Shown here piece by piece: positions 18,777 through 34,994 of a stretch of 64,000 nucleotides of DNA. The stretch lies in NCBI GenBank assembly GCA_009602725.1, contig WELB01000013.1, forward strand, positions 662,593 to 726,592. The letters are read 5' to 3'. This stretch comes from Spirogloea muscicola. Lineage: Eukaryota. The number at the start of each line of letters is the position of its first letter. Within the stretch, counting starts at the first letter, position 1. The notes beneath the pieces were generated by a model. It ran no database searches, was not told the DNA's origin, and saw nothing but the letters and a program-made list of their open reading frames with translations. The position numbers and the translations under genes are program-made.

Positions 18777-19544
18777 GCGGCGGCGGCGGTAGCGCGCGGC
18801 GCGGCGCGGATCGCGGCGTGGGTGGCGGAGCACCTGGAGATGACGGCCAGCGGGCGGCCGGCGGGCCTCCTGCGCGTCCGCTTCTCGGCGGCCGTCGCCG
18901 CCTCCTCGCTGCTCTACGCCACGGTGTGCGCCGCCTACTGGGCGCGCGCCTGCCCCCTCATGGCCGCCCTCTTCGCCGCCGTCACCGTCACCTCCCTCGG
19001 CGCCGACTCCCTCTTCCCCGCCTCCCGCGCCTGGTGCTGCGCCGACCGCTCCGTCGCCACCGCCGGAGGTGCGCCCGCCTGGCTGCTGTGCCGCAGCGCC
19101 GCCCGTCGAACTTGGCCCTTCAGGCAGTGCCTCTGGGCTGCCGCTTCTTCTTCTCTCCATGGCGCTGCGGAGCGTGCTGAGGGATGTCACTGTGAAACGA
19201 GCTTCTGCCGAGGCCCACTGCCAACACACTGACTCTCGCCGTCGTCGCCGTCCCCCTCTGCGACCACATTGCCCTGCCTCTGACATGCCTTGTGCTCTCC
19301 GCCTGGCACAGTGGTGCTGGGGCCGCTGCGATCCGCGCTCTTCTTCTCCTCGACCGTGTGGCTGCAGCTCGAGATCGTGGGCCTCACCGTCTTCTCGCTG
19401 TGCTTCCTGGCATGGAGCCGCACGTCGCGGAAACAGGCGCAGTTCGTCCTGCGCCACACCTGCTGGCACGTCGTGTCCGCCGCCTGCTTGCACTGGCTGG
19501 CCTACCGTGCGCCGCCCTGTGCGCCGCTCGCCATCTACTCCTAA
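18777..19544 (+). CDS. Small multi-pass membrane protein, CREST-superfamily-like (5' end may lie in the gap)
   Basis: Two GC-rich exons joined by a GT-AG intron at ~19069-19311. Hydrophobic helices, TSLGAD, WCCADR and a C-terminal RHTCWH (HxxxH) motif; stop at 19544. Confidence 0.6.
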
Positions 19545-20361
19545 CAGCAGCCCCCACTGTTGCCTTACCCCACCTCCTCTTTCCCCAGCGTAGTAGGCTA
19601 CAGGCGCCCTCTGCCGCTTGTCTCATCTTTTGAGTTACCATCTTCTGTCCCGTTTGCGTAGAATTCCTACCTATTAGCGGCTCTAAGAGCCCAATTCCCT
19701 TGCCAAAGCACTCAAGTGAGGCACCCACAGGCTTTGCGTCAGCCCAGTCATAGATTAGAGTAGTCGCATGCTTAGCTTACTTGAGTCTCTGGTTGAGTGT
19801 TCGCCCCTATTTTTAAACGTGGCCAGTTGCTTAGCTGGAACGCGTGCTGGGGCATGTCGGTGGGCATACACCCAAGCTTGTCCCAAGTACTAAGTAATGA
19901 TACGCCCGCTTTCCTTGAGGGATGCTGACGGAGCTGTCTCTTGATTGATTAACTCGCGCTTTCCTTCTTAGCGCAGTTCCTCTTCTGTGAGGCCTGTAGA
20001 CTTCACCCTTTGTGGTGCAGCCATTGCAATTTATTGCCCAGGGTCCTGCGGCAACTGGTACATCAATAGCCAGCGATGTGACCAGCTTGTACGAGCTCAC
20101 CCAGTAAGCACATATGTGCAACTACATCTTCTGCCAAAACAAACCCTGCAGTGCCATATGCCTGTAGCCTCTGGGTATCACTGTACTTGCTCAAAGAATC
20201 GCGGGCGGGCAAGCGCGCAGCAATATCATGGTAGGAATTCATGGCTCTTCATGAAGTTCCGCATGGCAAATATCCGGCAGCAGACGAGCAGTGATACCGG
20301 CCACTGGAGCGAGCACCGCCGGCAGCCAGGCCGGTGGTGAGGTGAACACTGCGTCACCTCA

Positions 20362-22765
20362 CTAAAGCACCGCATGCCGTTGGCCCGACAGCTCATCTGA
20401 TAGCTCTGCGCCAGCACCATTGGCGTCTGCACCATGCGGCTGCTTCCGCTCCATCACATGCTGTCGCAGAAAGAGCTCCAGCACGCGCCAATACCGCTCC
20501 CCGCCCTTCACCCACGTGTCCATGTGTGCACCAGTGCGGAACTCGACAAACACGGCAGCATTGCGTGGGTCTGCCTTACACTGCTCAAAGAGCCGCCGCA
20601 TCTGCGCCGGCGGCACCATTTCGTCTTGCAGGCCCGCAAGGAACAGGACCGGCGTGTGGACCTGCGGCAAATTGGGTAGTCGTCCATCAGGATCAGTAAC
20701 ATCCGCATGGCTCTAATCTGTTGAGTAGAGGTCACAATGGAGTGAACGGAATGCAGGCGCCAGCTTGAGCACCGCCAGATTCTGCAGCACGGGAAGCATA
20801 CCGAGGCAATGATGTCCACGGTGCGCCATGGCGATCGCACAAGCGGGTTGAGCGGCTTCACGCCCTCGGTGCCCACCAGGTAGCCCAGGAAGGGCAGCAT
20901 CTGGCCAGCCATGTCCAGCACCGAGGTGAAAGTGTTCTCCAGCACAATAGCTGCCACCTGCACTCGCTCGGTGGGGGAATTGGGCAATCAGAGCCCGCAG
21001 GAAAGTATCTCAATGCTCCTACAGTTCTGCGACTTCAGTACCCACATGTATTATTTTCTATTAGCTCCAATGTCGGGCTGGCTGTTCGATGATCCAGACC
21101 TGCAGCAAAGCTGACATGCACTGCAGACCTGGGCTGCCTGTCAAGAAGACTAGCGCACCTTGCCAGGGTTATTGGCAGTCAGCTGTGTGGCAACTGCGCC
21201 ACCCAGCGAACGCCCGAAGAGCACAATCTGCTTGGAGTCAATGTCTGGTCGCGTCAGCAGGTGGTCCAAAGACGCCTGCGCAACGTTACGGTGCTCAAGA
21301 AGGTAAGGGCCACGGAGCCTGCAGCATGCTCAAATGCCTGAGAGCAGTGTCTACGAGACCGCAATCACGAAAACTGCATTTTCTTTTGGCTGGAGAACTG
21401 GAGGACTTCAACTCAAGGCCCTGCATTTGAACTGGCCTGGGCGTCAAGAATGATCCCATGCTGCGAAGGAAACCCGTCGCTTGCTCCATACCTGCACTCA
21501 AGCACATCTCTCAGCCTAAGTGTTACACAAGCAGACAGTGTTGACTCTGCTTGCTTCAACTGTGTCGGCTGTATGAAGTCTGCAGCCTGCCAAGCATGGA
21601 CACCAGTCTGTGGCTGTCTGGCAACTTCTGCAAAGAGCAGGACGGGCAAAGGACAAAGCTTGACTGCTCTTGCTCACCCTCGGTAGGAGAGCATGAAGAC
21701 GTTGCACTTGAGCTTCAACATCATCATGGCAATGAAGTCCAGCCTATGCGCAATGTCTGGCTCGACCTGTCAAGGTAGGCCTTTCCTCTGCAAGCTTGTA
21801 CCTGGGTCATGGAGTGGAGGACTGTGGCCCCTGCTTACCTCGACATTCTCCACCTGCAGGAAGTATGACCCAGAGCCCCACCTAAAACCCTGACAGCATG
21901 GATGAGCCTCTGACATCAAGGGCATAGGAATAATCAGTGCATGGGAATGCAGCCGCCATGCAGGCAAGCGAGGCGCAGCAGGCAGCAAGGGGCTCGCCAG
22001 AGGAGGATACTGCCAGCATTCTCCTGGAAGAACACAATTGTGGGTCCTGCAGATCAGCGAGGAGCATTGGCGGAGTCAGAGCAGCTGGCAAATGCAAGGA
22101 ACCGCTGCTTCAAAGCCCTCTGTCCCGTGCGAGAGCCACACCCAAAGTCTGATCGTCCGGCTCTCTGTGCAAAGCATGAACGGCTCCACGCAGCTCGGCG
22201 CTTTTGCCTGCTGCAATGGGTTACCCACCACGCCAGCCAGCCGTCCACAGGGAGCGCGAGAGATGACAATGCGCGAGACCGAGAGAGACAAGGACAGAGA
22301 TGGAGATAAGCTGCTGCCCGAACACTGAGGACTGGGTGTGTGCCGACTGGCGGCTCGCCTGCGGTGGCGGGCTCGAGCTTGAGGAACCAGGCGTGGAGGC
22401 GCACGCCGTCGCGCGCCGTGAGCCAGACGTCCTCGTACTGGAGGCGCGCGCGCGCCGGCGTGAAGGGGTACGCCTTGGTGAGGCCCGGCACCACCGGCAC
22501 ATACACCAGCCGCTCCTGCGCCAGCGAGCGGCCAGAAGCGGCGCCGCCGTCAGCGGGCCGACGACGGGACCCAGGTCAGGCTCGGCTCGTCGGCGGCATC
22601 CGGTGGGGCCCCGGCGGCGGCGCTGGTCCAGCGCCAAGGCGCCGGAGCCGCCGCCGCCGCCGCCGCCGCCGCAGGCCGTGGCCCCCGCCGCCGGAGGAGG
22701 AGTGCGGTCTCGCCTGGAAGATGACCAGCAGCACGAGGCCCGCGGCGGCGAGGCCGCCGACGGCG
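20362..22765 (-). CDS. WAV2: Alpha/beta hydrolase WAV2/ABHD13-like (start codon not found)
   Basis: AVGGLAAAGLVLLVIFQ|ERLVYVPVVPGLTKAYPFTPAR..YEDVWLTARDGVRLHAWF; FFQENAGNIAHR; SYRGYGASDG; VLFGRSLGGAVA nucleophile; ENTFTSVLDMAG; FLAGLQDEMVPP; GAHMDTW. Confidence 0.92.
21757..22010 (-). other. U12-type (minor spliceosome) GT-AG intron in WAV2
   Basis: Donor GTATCCTC; branch-site-like TACCTTGAC ~13 nt before the AG; no polypyrimidine tract. Splicing restores ENAG-N-IAHR. Confidence 0.75.
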
Positions 22766-22859
22766 CGGGGCGGGCGCGGCGCTGCTGCCGCGTTGGGCGG
22801 GGCCGCTGAGCCCGCTGGAGCGCAGCGCTGGGTCCCACTCGATAGAAGGCGGCTCAAGA

Positions 22860-23680
22860 GGCCAGCCCGAAAAGAAGGAAGGGATCGCCCATTGAGGATA
22901 GGGCTGGAAAAGCCAGGAACAAAGTACGAGGAGGGGGCCAGGGGAAGCGCTAAGAAAAACAAGCACAACAAGAAACAACAAAGCAGCTACGAAGCACTCA
23001 GTAACCACCTGCCAAGCAGCCTCAGGTCAGAGAAGCTAGGCTCCTGGAAGTGGGTCCCCTGGCCAGAGCCAGAGGCAGCAGCGAGGGCTCTGCCGGCACG
23101 CAGGTGCAGCGCGTGGGCCATAGACCTCTGCAGCGAGACGGCCAAGCGCATCCGGTACACCTGCGCTAGCGACCCGGCTGCAGGCAAGTCCACTGGCTCC
23201 CCATGGAAGCGGCGGACGATGGCGTGCCGGGCGAGCTGGTTGAGCAGCTCGAGCCACCGAGCGCCCGACGCCCCATGCGTGTCGAGCCAGCGGGAAGAAC
23301 TCGTCTTCCCGCGGATGATCAGCATATTTGAGCTCCTTAGCTCGAGCGGCGCAGGCGACCGCATACCCAGCCTTGATGGCACATTGGGCCGATAAGGAAA
23401 TGGACAAGTTTGCAAAGGGCCCAAGAAAACAGCTATTTGACATTGAAAGCAATGGCTGGGAGAGGCCATCCCAAAAGGATTGGCCAAGAAGCCACAGACA
23501 GTGAGCTCTGCGAAGGGGGCGGGGCTGTGAATGGCCAGCCCAGCAAGAATGGATGTCCAAAGGGCCCAAAGACTCGCTACCCGAGTGTCCACTGGCCGCG
23601 CTTGCTTTAAGCGTCCACTACTACGAATGGGTGCTCAACGGAAGAGATCCCCCTTTGTTGGGCGCACTTCTTTTCTTTGT
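22860..23680 (-). mobile_element. 5'-truncated 3' fragments of an RLE-type non-LTR retrotransposon
   Basis: Coding tail (AKELKYADHPREDEFFPL; YRMRLAVSLQRSMAHALH..SDLRLL) homologous to 61790-62200. 22997-23220 is near-identical to 33882-34104. 3'UTR hairpin motif at ~22900, ~23455 and ~23521. Confidence 0.8.
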
Positions 23681-24041
23681 TGCGGACGCCAAGGGTACAC
23701 AGTGCGGTACCAGAGCAGCCCGACATGAGCGGCTCCGCCACATTGCAGATTGCATTCTAGCGAACCCCTGATATCATGCGCAGGCTACTTTCAACAGGAG
23801 TAGCCGCTTCTAGCCCCTTAGGACCTTGAATACCTGACGCATTGCTTAATCTCCTCCCCGCTGCCGCCGACGCAGCAGCCGCCGCCGCCGCAGCGCGCGC
23901 AGGAGACGTGCACTGGATCTCGTCGAAGCCTTTGGCGGCTGCTCGGCGGCTCGACCAGGAACCACCGCAGCTTGAGGCGCTCGCCGCCGTCCGAGCTCGG
24001 AATTGTGCGACGGGGAGGAGGTCGACGCGGCGCCTGTTCCC

Positions 24042-27825
<3,784 letters not shown>

Positions 27826-28139
27826 GGCCATTGGTGACGTAGTGCACAATTGTTGCTCAGCAACCGCTACATCCCAGGTCTACTGGAGGATGAGACATTA
27901 TAAGCCGACCTACTGGTCGATATAAGATGTCCGAGGACCTTGCCGGACCCTTGCACATCGTTGCTAGTAAGTGGAGCCACTGTGCAACAGCCAGAGTAGC
28001 CTTCTGGCAAGATCGTTTCTGAACTGCTTATGTCTGTCTCATCGCCCGAACGCACGATCAGCTTTTGTACGATGGTAGGGATAACGTCATGAAAGAGAAG
28101 CTGTTGCAACGTGAGCTGTTGCCAGCTCACGCGACAATG

Positions 28140-31100
28140 TCAGAGCTCCTGCACTGGCAGTACTCGGCCACAGCAGGAACCAAAACCGATGGTCACCTCG
28201 CCGCCCTGCTAGCCAAACAAGAGGAGATAAGCCCGTCCAGTCAGTCCAGGTTGAAGCCGCAGATTCATGAAGGCCACGATTGCCAGAAATAGGACTCAAG
28301 CCTGACCCTGCGAAGGTACCCTCGAGGACACTACCAGAGGTGTGGTGTGCAAGCGAGAGGAACGTGCCTGGCAGTAGCCAGTCATGATGACCTCATCGCC
28401 GTCCTTCAGGAACTTGCGCATCCCACCTCCACTTGCCAGGGCTGTCTCTTTGGAACCGCCCCATGAGAGCTCCAGCATGGAGCCAAAGCTGCCTTCGTCC
28501 TGCGCCACCCGGCACAAGTGCGGGCAAGTTGCTTGCCTGAGGAGCCAACTGGCAACATGCCAGCCACATGCTGGCTGGCCTACTGCAGACAGCAATCAGC
28601 ATCTTCACAATCTGCCGCCCTCAGAGACCTGCAGCCTCAGCATGGTCGAAGTGTCACAGAAAGGCATCTTGCAGTGCAGTTGCCGAAAGTGCCCCTCAGC
28701 GACTGACATACCGGGCCACTGATGGTGCCTGAAGCCAGGAGGTCTCCAGGACGCAGGTTGCAGCCATTAATGGTATGATGGGCTATCTGCTGCCTCATCG
28801 TCCAGTAACTGTAAGAGGCATGTTGCAACTGTGACAAGCATCAGTGGCCATCAATGCTCCATGCCATACTAATTTAACAATTGCAGTCGCAGTACTGGGC
28901 TCTACTTGACACTTACATGACATGTATATCATGTACTTCGGCCCTTACGACATCAGGTGTATGAAGCCTGCCGGCTGCTTTGAAATTCTATAGCACCTCA
29001 AAGGGAGAGGCCCTCACAGGTGCCGGAAATTGCTTAGGCAGACCGTGGAAGCAGCCTCCCCACCAGCGGGTTTGATCGCCACCTGATAACATGGGGGTTT
29101 GTTACATATGAAAATGTGAGCACGACACATGTACATCCCGGGTAAGTTCCAGCCAGCCTCAATGTAGAAAAGAAAAAAACCTACGTGTCATTTCCACCCA
29201 GATCAGGAAGTACCAGAATCAGTTGACTTTCAGCAAGCATGACTGAGCTGACACTGAGCAGGGCTCCGCTGTTATCATGAGAGGGACTGTTGGCAAATGA
29301 TGTGCCTCACCTCAAGGTTGATATCATATGTCTGCCTGGAGCTCTCCTTCAAATAAGGCAGCGGCTCAGGATCCTGCATGACCTCAGAGACAGGCAGAGA
29401 AGTAAGCAGATTGGCCAGATTGGCAGGTTGTTAGTGACACAGCTAGTGGAATGCACATCATAAAGCATCAGCTTTATGATGTGCTAAATGACATGCCGAC
29501 TGACTAGCTGGAGCAACCACTTTGCAACTGCGAGTCATAGCAGGCACACCTGACAAGGAGCTTCGCACAAGAACGGCTCCAAGGCTTCCAGCGTCACAAC
29601 CCACGGCGAGACTGTGGTTCCTGTTTCACCGCAAGTGAAGATATGTCATCCCGTAACAGCAGGAGTAGTAGCTCTAGCAGGAACCTGCAGTATACAAGCA
29701 GGTCCTCCTCTCCTATGCTGCACAGAGCAATTGCTGATGCTAGCTGTATTTGATGCTGCAACTAGGAAAGCCTCTATAACGTAAAACAACACCTAACAGG
29801 CCAACTCGTGACCTACAACAACGGTGGCCACCAACCAGCCAGCCTCACCAAAGCTTTTCCCAAGAAAGGGACCCAAGGGGACGTACTCCCACTTCTGCAA
29901 GTCCCTTGCTGCAAGACGTGTGGATGGCAACTATGTGAAAACTGAGTTTTGCAATGCACGGCTTGTTTTGAAGCAACAATTGCCGAGACAAAGTTCAGCA
30001 GGAGTAGCTGGTGGCCTAGGAGGGGAGCCAATCAAGAAGCGCGAGTGTACCACTCCAGTCATTCATAAGGACCAGGCCGAAGATGTGGTCGTCTGCTTTG
30101 TCAACAGCCACGCTCTGCCCCAGTCTTGTCCCAGGACCCACAAAGAGCGCCTGTCCAGAGCAGGAGTACATCCATCAAAGATAGAGCCAATCCGCAGTAA
30201 CAGTTGCAACTGGATTTGAATGAGTAGGTCACCCCTTAATTACAGCTCTGTGGGATATCGACTACATCCGGACTGGTAGTTGACACATCGTCCCTGACTT
30301 ATTCCAGCAGCAGGGCTTTGGTGTTCTGAGCTGGCCACGACTTATCGTACCATTTCCAGCTCAAAGTCCAGGACGGCAGATGGCTTGTACTCCGGGGTGG
30401 AGGAGCCCGCGGGAGGTGTCGTCTGACCTCTGCAGTGACACCCACCATAAGAGGCAATGAGCACCTAGCAAAGATTCTAGATTTCGCTTTATACTTGCCA
30501 AGGTGCTCATCTTCCGTGACATTGATCTTATCTCTTCCTCACCTTGGGCGGTGGATGTCCGTCCCGCTGACTACCACAGATGAGGCTCGGCCGTGGTACC
30601 CGATGGGCAAGTGGAGCCTGCACACACGGACGGAAACTGACATCTAAGGCATGCGGCCGGGTGTACTCAATCTATGCGAAGTTGCTCGTTTTCTTTGGAG
30701 CTGATCATTGAAGTTGTGCAACGTCAGCGCATTTAAGCTCCAACATGCAGGAGCCATTGCCACGACTGCAACTACTCTTTCCATTTTGTAGTCAAGGCAG
30801 AGGTGGAACCAGCAAAGGGTCAGGAATATTGGTAGTGCATGAGAATCCGCGGGGGCAGGCGCCAGAGCCGCACACCAATTAGTGGGCAGGGCGTTGTCCT
30901 TGCCACGGAAGAGAGTGCCAACGTTGGTGGCGTGCTCCCGAGAGGAGTAGAAGTCAGTGTAGTCGCCAATGGTGGCCGGCAGCTCCATCGTCACCTCGTC
31001 CTGCAGGGCAGCAGCTGCAGACGAAAGCCGTGAATTCCGCAAGCTCCTGGCAGCTCTGGCAGCGTGCTGTGATCCTTGTGTAAGGTCCCGGAGCCTTGAC

Positions 31101-31785
31101 CGCAACCTGGCGCTGACATTTTCAATCAAACAATTCCTAATCCCACAAACTTGGAGAAAATCTGCATTGAGAGTGTGAAGGGTTTAGGTTTTAGAGTTAA
31201 GAGCTCCAGCTGACTGGCTGGCAGCTTCGACCACATCAATGGCGTTCAATGCGGCGAACGTCAGAGTGGCGGAGGTGGCCAACATGGCAGCTCACACCAG
31301 AGGGATAAGGGCTCGCGCCCGCAGGTCCGCGTCGTCCCGCAATCGGGGCTCGTCCGCTGGCCGCACCGTGAGCGCCGCTCCTAAGTCAGAGTGGGGCGGG
31401 GCTGCCGCAGCAACGTGCAAGCTAGTCGAGCGATAGCGGCAGCAGCGGCAGCAGGGCAGCCAGCGACCGCCAGCGGCACGCACCTGAGAGCAGCGCCTGG
31501 ATGGTGGCGCGTGCCTCGCGCCACGCGGGGCGCCCCATGGCCATGAAGGCGTTGAGCGAGCCCTGCGGACGCAGCACCGTCAGAGAAGGCAGCGACAAAG
31601 CCATCAGCGACCGGCTGTGCCGCGGCAGCGGCGGCGATGGCGCTCGGGAGCTCGGGTGACGGGAGCGGGCCTGCGAGAAGACGGAGGCGGCGCGGCCGCC
31701 GCCGAGGTGGGGCCCGGCGAAGAGCCCCGCGGCGGCGAGCTCGGCGAGGTCGACGGCGACGCCGCCGACGGCGGTGCCGGCTCGC
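28140..31785 (-). CDS. FAH: Fumarylacetoacetase (5' end in gap)
   Basis: [114 protein letters not shown]; last exon [21 protein letters not shown]. Confidence 0.96.
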
Positions 31786-32380
31786 NNNNNNNNNNNNNNN
31801 NNNNNNNNNNNNNNNNNNNNNNNNNNNNNNNNNNNNNNNNNNNNNNNNNNNNNNNNNNNNNNNNNNNNNNNNNNNNNNNNNNNNNNNNNNNNNNNNNNNN
31901 NNNNNNNNNNNNNNNNNNNNNNNNNNNNNNNNNNNNNNNNNNNNNNNNNNNNNNNNNNNNNNNNNNNNNNNNNNNNNNNNNNNNNNNNNNNNNNNNNNNN
32001 NNNNNNNNNNNNNNNNNNNNNNNNNNNNNNNNNNNNNNNNNNNNNNNNNNNNNNNNNNNNNNNNNNNNNNNNNNNNNNNNNNNNNNNNNNNNNNNNNNNN
32101 NNNNNNNNNNNNNNNNNNNNNNNNNNNNNNNNNNNNNNNNNNNNNNNNNNNNNNNNNNNNNNNNNNNNNNNNNNNNNNNNNNNNNNNNNNNNNNNNNNNN
32201 NNNNNNNNNNNNNNNNNNNNNNNNNNNNNNNNNNNNNNNNNNNNNNNNNNNNNNNNNNNNNNNNNNNNNNNNNNNNNNNNNNNNNNNNNNNNNNNNNNNN
32301 NNNNNNNNNNNNNNNNNNNNNNNNNNNNNNNNNNNNNNNNNNNNNNNNNNNNNNNNNNNNNNNNNNNNNNNNNNNNNNNN

Positions 32381-33176
32381 GGCGCGGCGGCGCGGCACGG
32401 CGTCCACGCTGACGCGCGCGGAGGTGCGCGGCGGCGGGCGCAAGCCGCTGAAGCAGAAGGGCACGGGCTCGGCGCGCATGGGGTCCAAGCGGACGCCGCT
32501 GCGGCCCGGCGGCGGCGTGGTGTTCGGGCCCAAGCCCAAGGACTGGTCCGTCAAGATCAACCGCAAGGAGCGCCAGCTAGCGCTGTCGACGGCGCTCCAG
32601 TCCGCCGCGCCCGACGCGCTCGTCGTCGACGGCCTCGCCGCCGCCGTTACCGGCGTCCCGCGCACCGCCGCCTTCGCCGCGGCGCTTCGCCGCTGGGGGT
32701 TCGTGCCCGGCGGCCGCCAGGCGGCGCTGCTCTTCCTGGCCGACGGCGAGCTCTCCGACGCGCTGCGCCTGTCCAGCCGCAACATCCCGCGCCTCACCGT
32801 CGCCACGCCGCGCTCCCTCAACCTCTACGACGTCCTGCGCGCCGACAAGCTCATCCTCACTCGGGCCGGTCTCGAGTACCTCAACGACATGTACGGCGAG
32901 CCCGGCTTTGCCGAGTTCGAGGCGCTTGCTGACGACGGGCCGCCGCTGGACGACGTCGTGGACGGCGCAAACGACGGCTATGAGAGCGGTGTCGTGGGGG
33001 CCAGCTTCGAGGCTGCCCAAGCTTCTGCGGAGGATGTGGGCTCAGCCCCCGTGGACAGCGGCGTTGTCGGCGAGGCCGCTGAGCCAGAGGTTGCTTCTGA
33101 GGCCGGAGTCGAGGCCGCTGGAGCCCCTGCCGAGGCTGAGCCGGAGGCTGATGCTGCGGCCGAGGCTGAGGCCTAG
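32381..33176 (+). CDS. RPL4: Plastid 50S ribosomal protein L4 (uL4c), 5' end in gap
   Basis: [68 protein letters not shown]; acidic C-terminal extension typical of plastid uL4. Confidence 0.93.
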
Positions 33177-33739
33177 GCGTCGCAAGAGCTTAGCGGTGCG
33201 TGGACTTGGTTGATGGCCCGCCTAGCAGTCCTTCGTTGATCCATATTTGTTTGGCAGACCAATGCTTATCAGCACTCTCTGTCTCTGTTTTCTAGGTTGC
33301 CAGGTATCCTGCAATGTGCAACACCACGACAACATTGTCGATCTGACGGATAATGTCTAGTGCAGCACGCAAGGCTGCTGCTATTTATGTGCTCTGCAAC
33401 GCAGATGTCTGCAGCGGCAACTTCAATCAGATTTGACGTTCTTGTGCAAGTTGGTAGTAGGCGATCCTGCACGCAGTAATAACATGCAGGTGACCTGTCT
33501 ATACATTAATTGCCACTATGCATGTGACCGTGGAAAAAGATCAAGCAACCAAAAGGCTTTGAAGATATTTGCCCTCCCAAGGTATGGACAGGTCTACGCT
33601 AAGGCTCGTGCTCATGCAAGTCCATTCAAGCTCAGGAGAAGCTCAGGCATGTCTGTGCCTCCTCTTATTGGACTGCTTGAGGTCTTTATCACTAATCGTC
33701 GTGCAGTGGACAAAAGCAGGAGCTTAACCTGCGACATGG

Positions 33740-34104
33740 TAAAGCCGGGAGAAAGGGCTCGCCCTTTGAGGATAGGGGCTGGAAAAGCCAGCCCAAAAAA
33801 GAAGGAACAAAGTACGAGAAAGGGGCCAGGGGAAGCGCGAAGTAAAACAAGCACAACAAGATACAAAGCAGCTACGTACTACTCAGTAACCCCTGCGAAG
33901 CAACCTCAGGTCAGAGAAGCTAGGCTCCTGGAAGTGGGTCCCCTGGCCAGAGCCAGAGGCAGCAGCGAGGGCACTGCTGGCACGCAGGTGCAGCGCGCGG
34001 GCCATAGACCTCTGCAGCGAGACGGCCAAGCGCATCCGGTACACCTGCGCTAGCGACCCGGCTGCAGGAAAGTCCACTGGCTCCCCATGGAAGCGGCGGA
34101 CGAT
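33740..34104 (-). mobile_element. 5'-truncated 3' end of the RLE non-LTR retrotransposon family
   Basis: ...FQEPSFSDLRLLRRGY* (stop 33883) followed by a 3'UTR with a GGGCTGGCTTTTCCAGCCCC hairpin; near-identical to the 22860-23220 copy. Confidence 0.85.
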
Positions 34105-34994
34105 AGTCTTAAACCCCCGGGGGGGTTTAAGACTTCTGCCGCCACACAGGATGTCTTGTAGGCTGAGCAAGTGGTTTGTCGCGTCAACATGTTCGTTCTC
34201 AAAGGGTCACACGCCTCCATCAAGCAGCCTGCTTGTGGGATGGCTGCTGGCCTTTAAGCCCACACGGACCCGTACTAGGACCAGCACCATGCACCTGCAG
34301 CCTTGCGCACAACCTCGACCAACCCCATTGACCTGCCTTCTCTGTGCCTCTACATGGCCAGTCACAGCAACGAAGGAAGTAGGATCTGTGACGCAAGAGC
34401 TTTCTGCTAGAGAGGACCACAGAGTCTGGACCACAGAGTCTGATTGTCGCCTGCGCTCACAGCTGTATTCAGCACTGATGCCAAAATTAGAGCCTTGCAA
34501 GATATGCTCGAACTGCAACCGTGGAGCACGCCAGGTCAGAGTGACCCACCTAATGGTTGCACGCTTCCTCTCATTACTCAACAGCAAGTCTCACATCCAA
34601 ATAAGCCGGTCATGGTGTTTGCAATTATGCGCGTGACAGCAGTCCATCTAGACCATTGTCGCCCATCTAAGGGTGTGCCCGCTGCAACAGGAGGCGCGGC
34701 GACCGTGGCAGCTGCCACCAGCTGTGTGGCATCAGTCACTTGCTGGCATAGCTCCCCAAGGACCTGTCCTCCTGCCTCATGACGAATTGAAATAGCCTGC
34801 ATACGAATGCAGTGGTCCTTGTTCCTGCCCTCCTCACCACGTCGGTCAGGTGCCAGCTAGGTCGCCATGGAACATCACCAATGGACTTTGGCTGCCTCCC
34901 TGCCAAGTGCTGAAAATGTCACCTCTGCATTCTTCAAGGAGGCAACTTGGTGCAGAGCCTCCAATCTGAACACCTCCTCGCCCCAGCTGCCTCT

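Noticed and set aside
23777..24041. Upstream ATG (MRRLLSTG...) as a mitochondrial presequence for FTHFS
   Set aside because: It stops after 17 codons and I could not find convincing splice sites linking it in frame.
32381..33176. Intronless bacterial-like L4 as contamination or recent HGT
   Set aside because: Its motifs and acidic tail match nuclear-encoded plastid uL4, and its GC pattern matches host 5' regions.
34140..34900. ORFs between the element fragment and the MOS11-like gene
   Set aside because: No recognisable motif or consistent exon chain.
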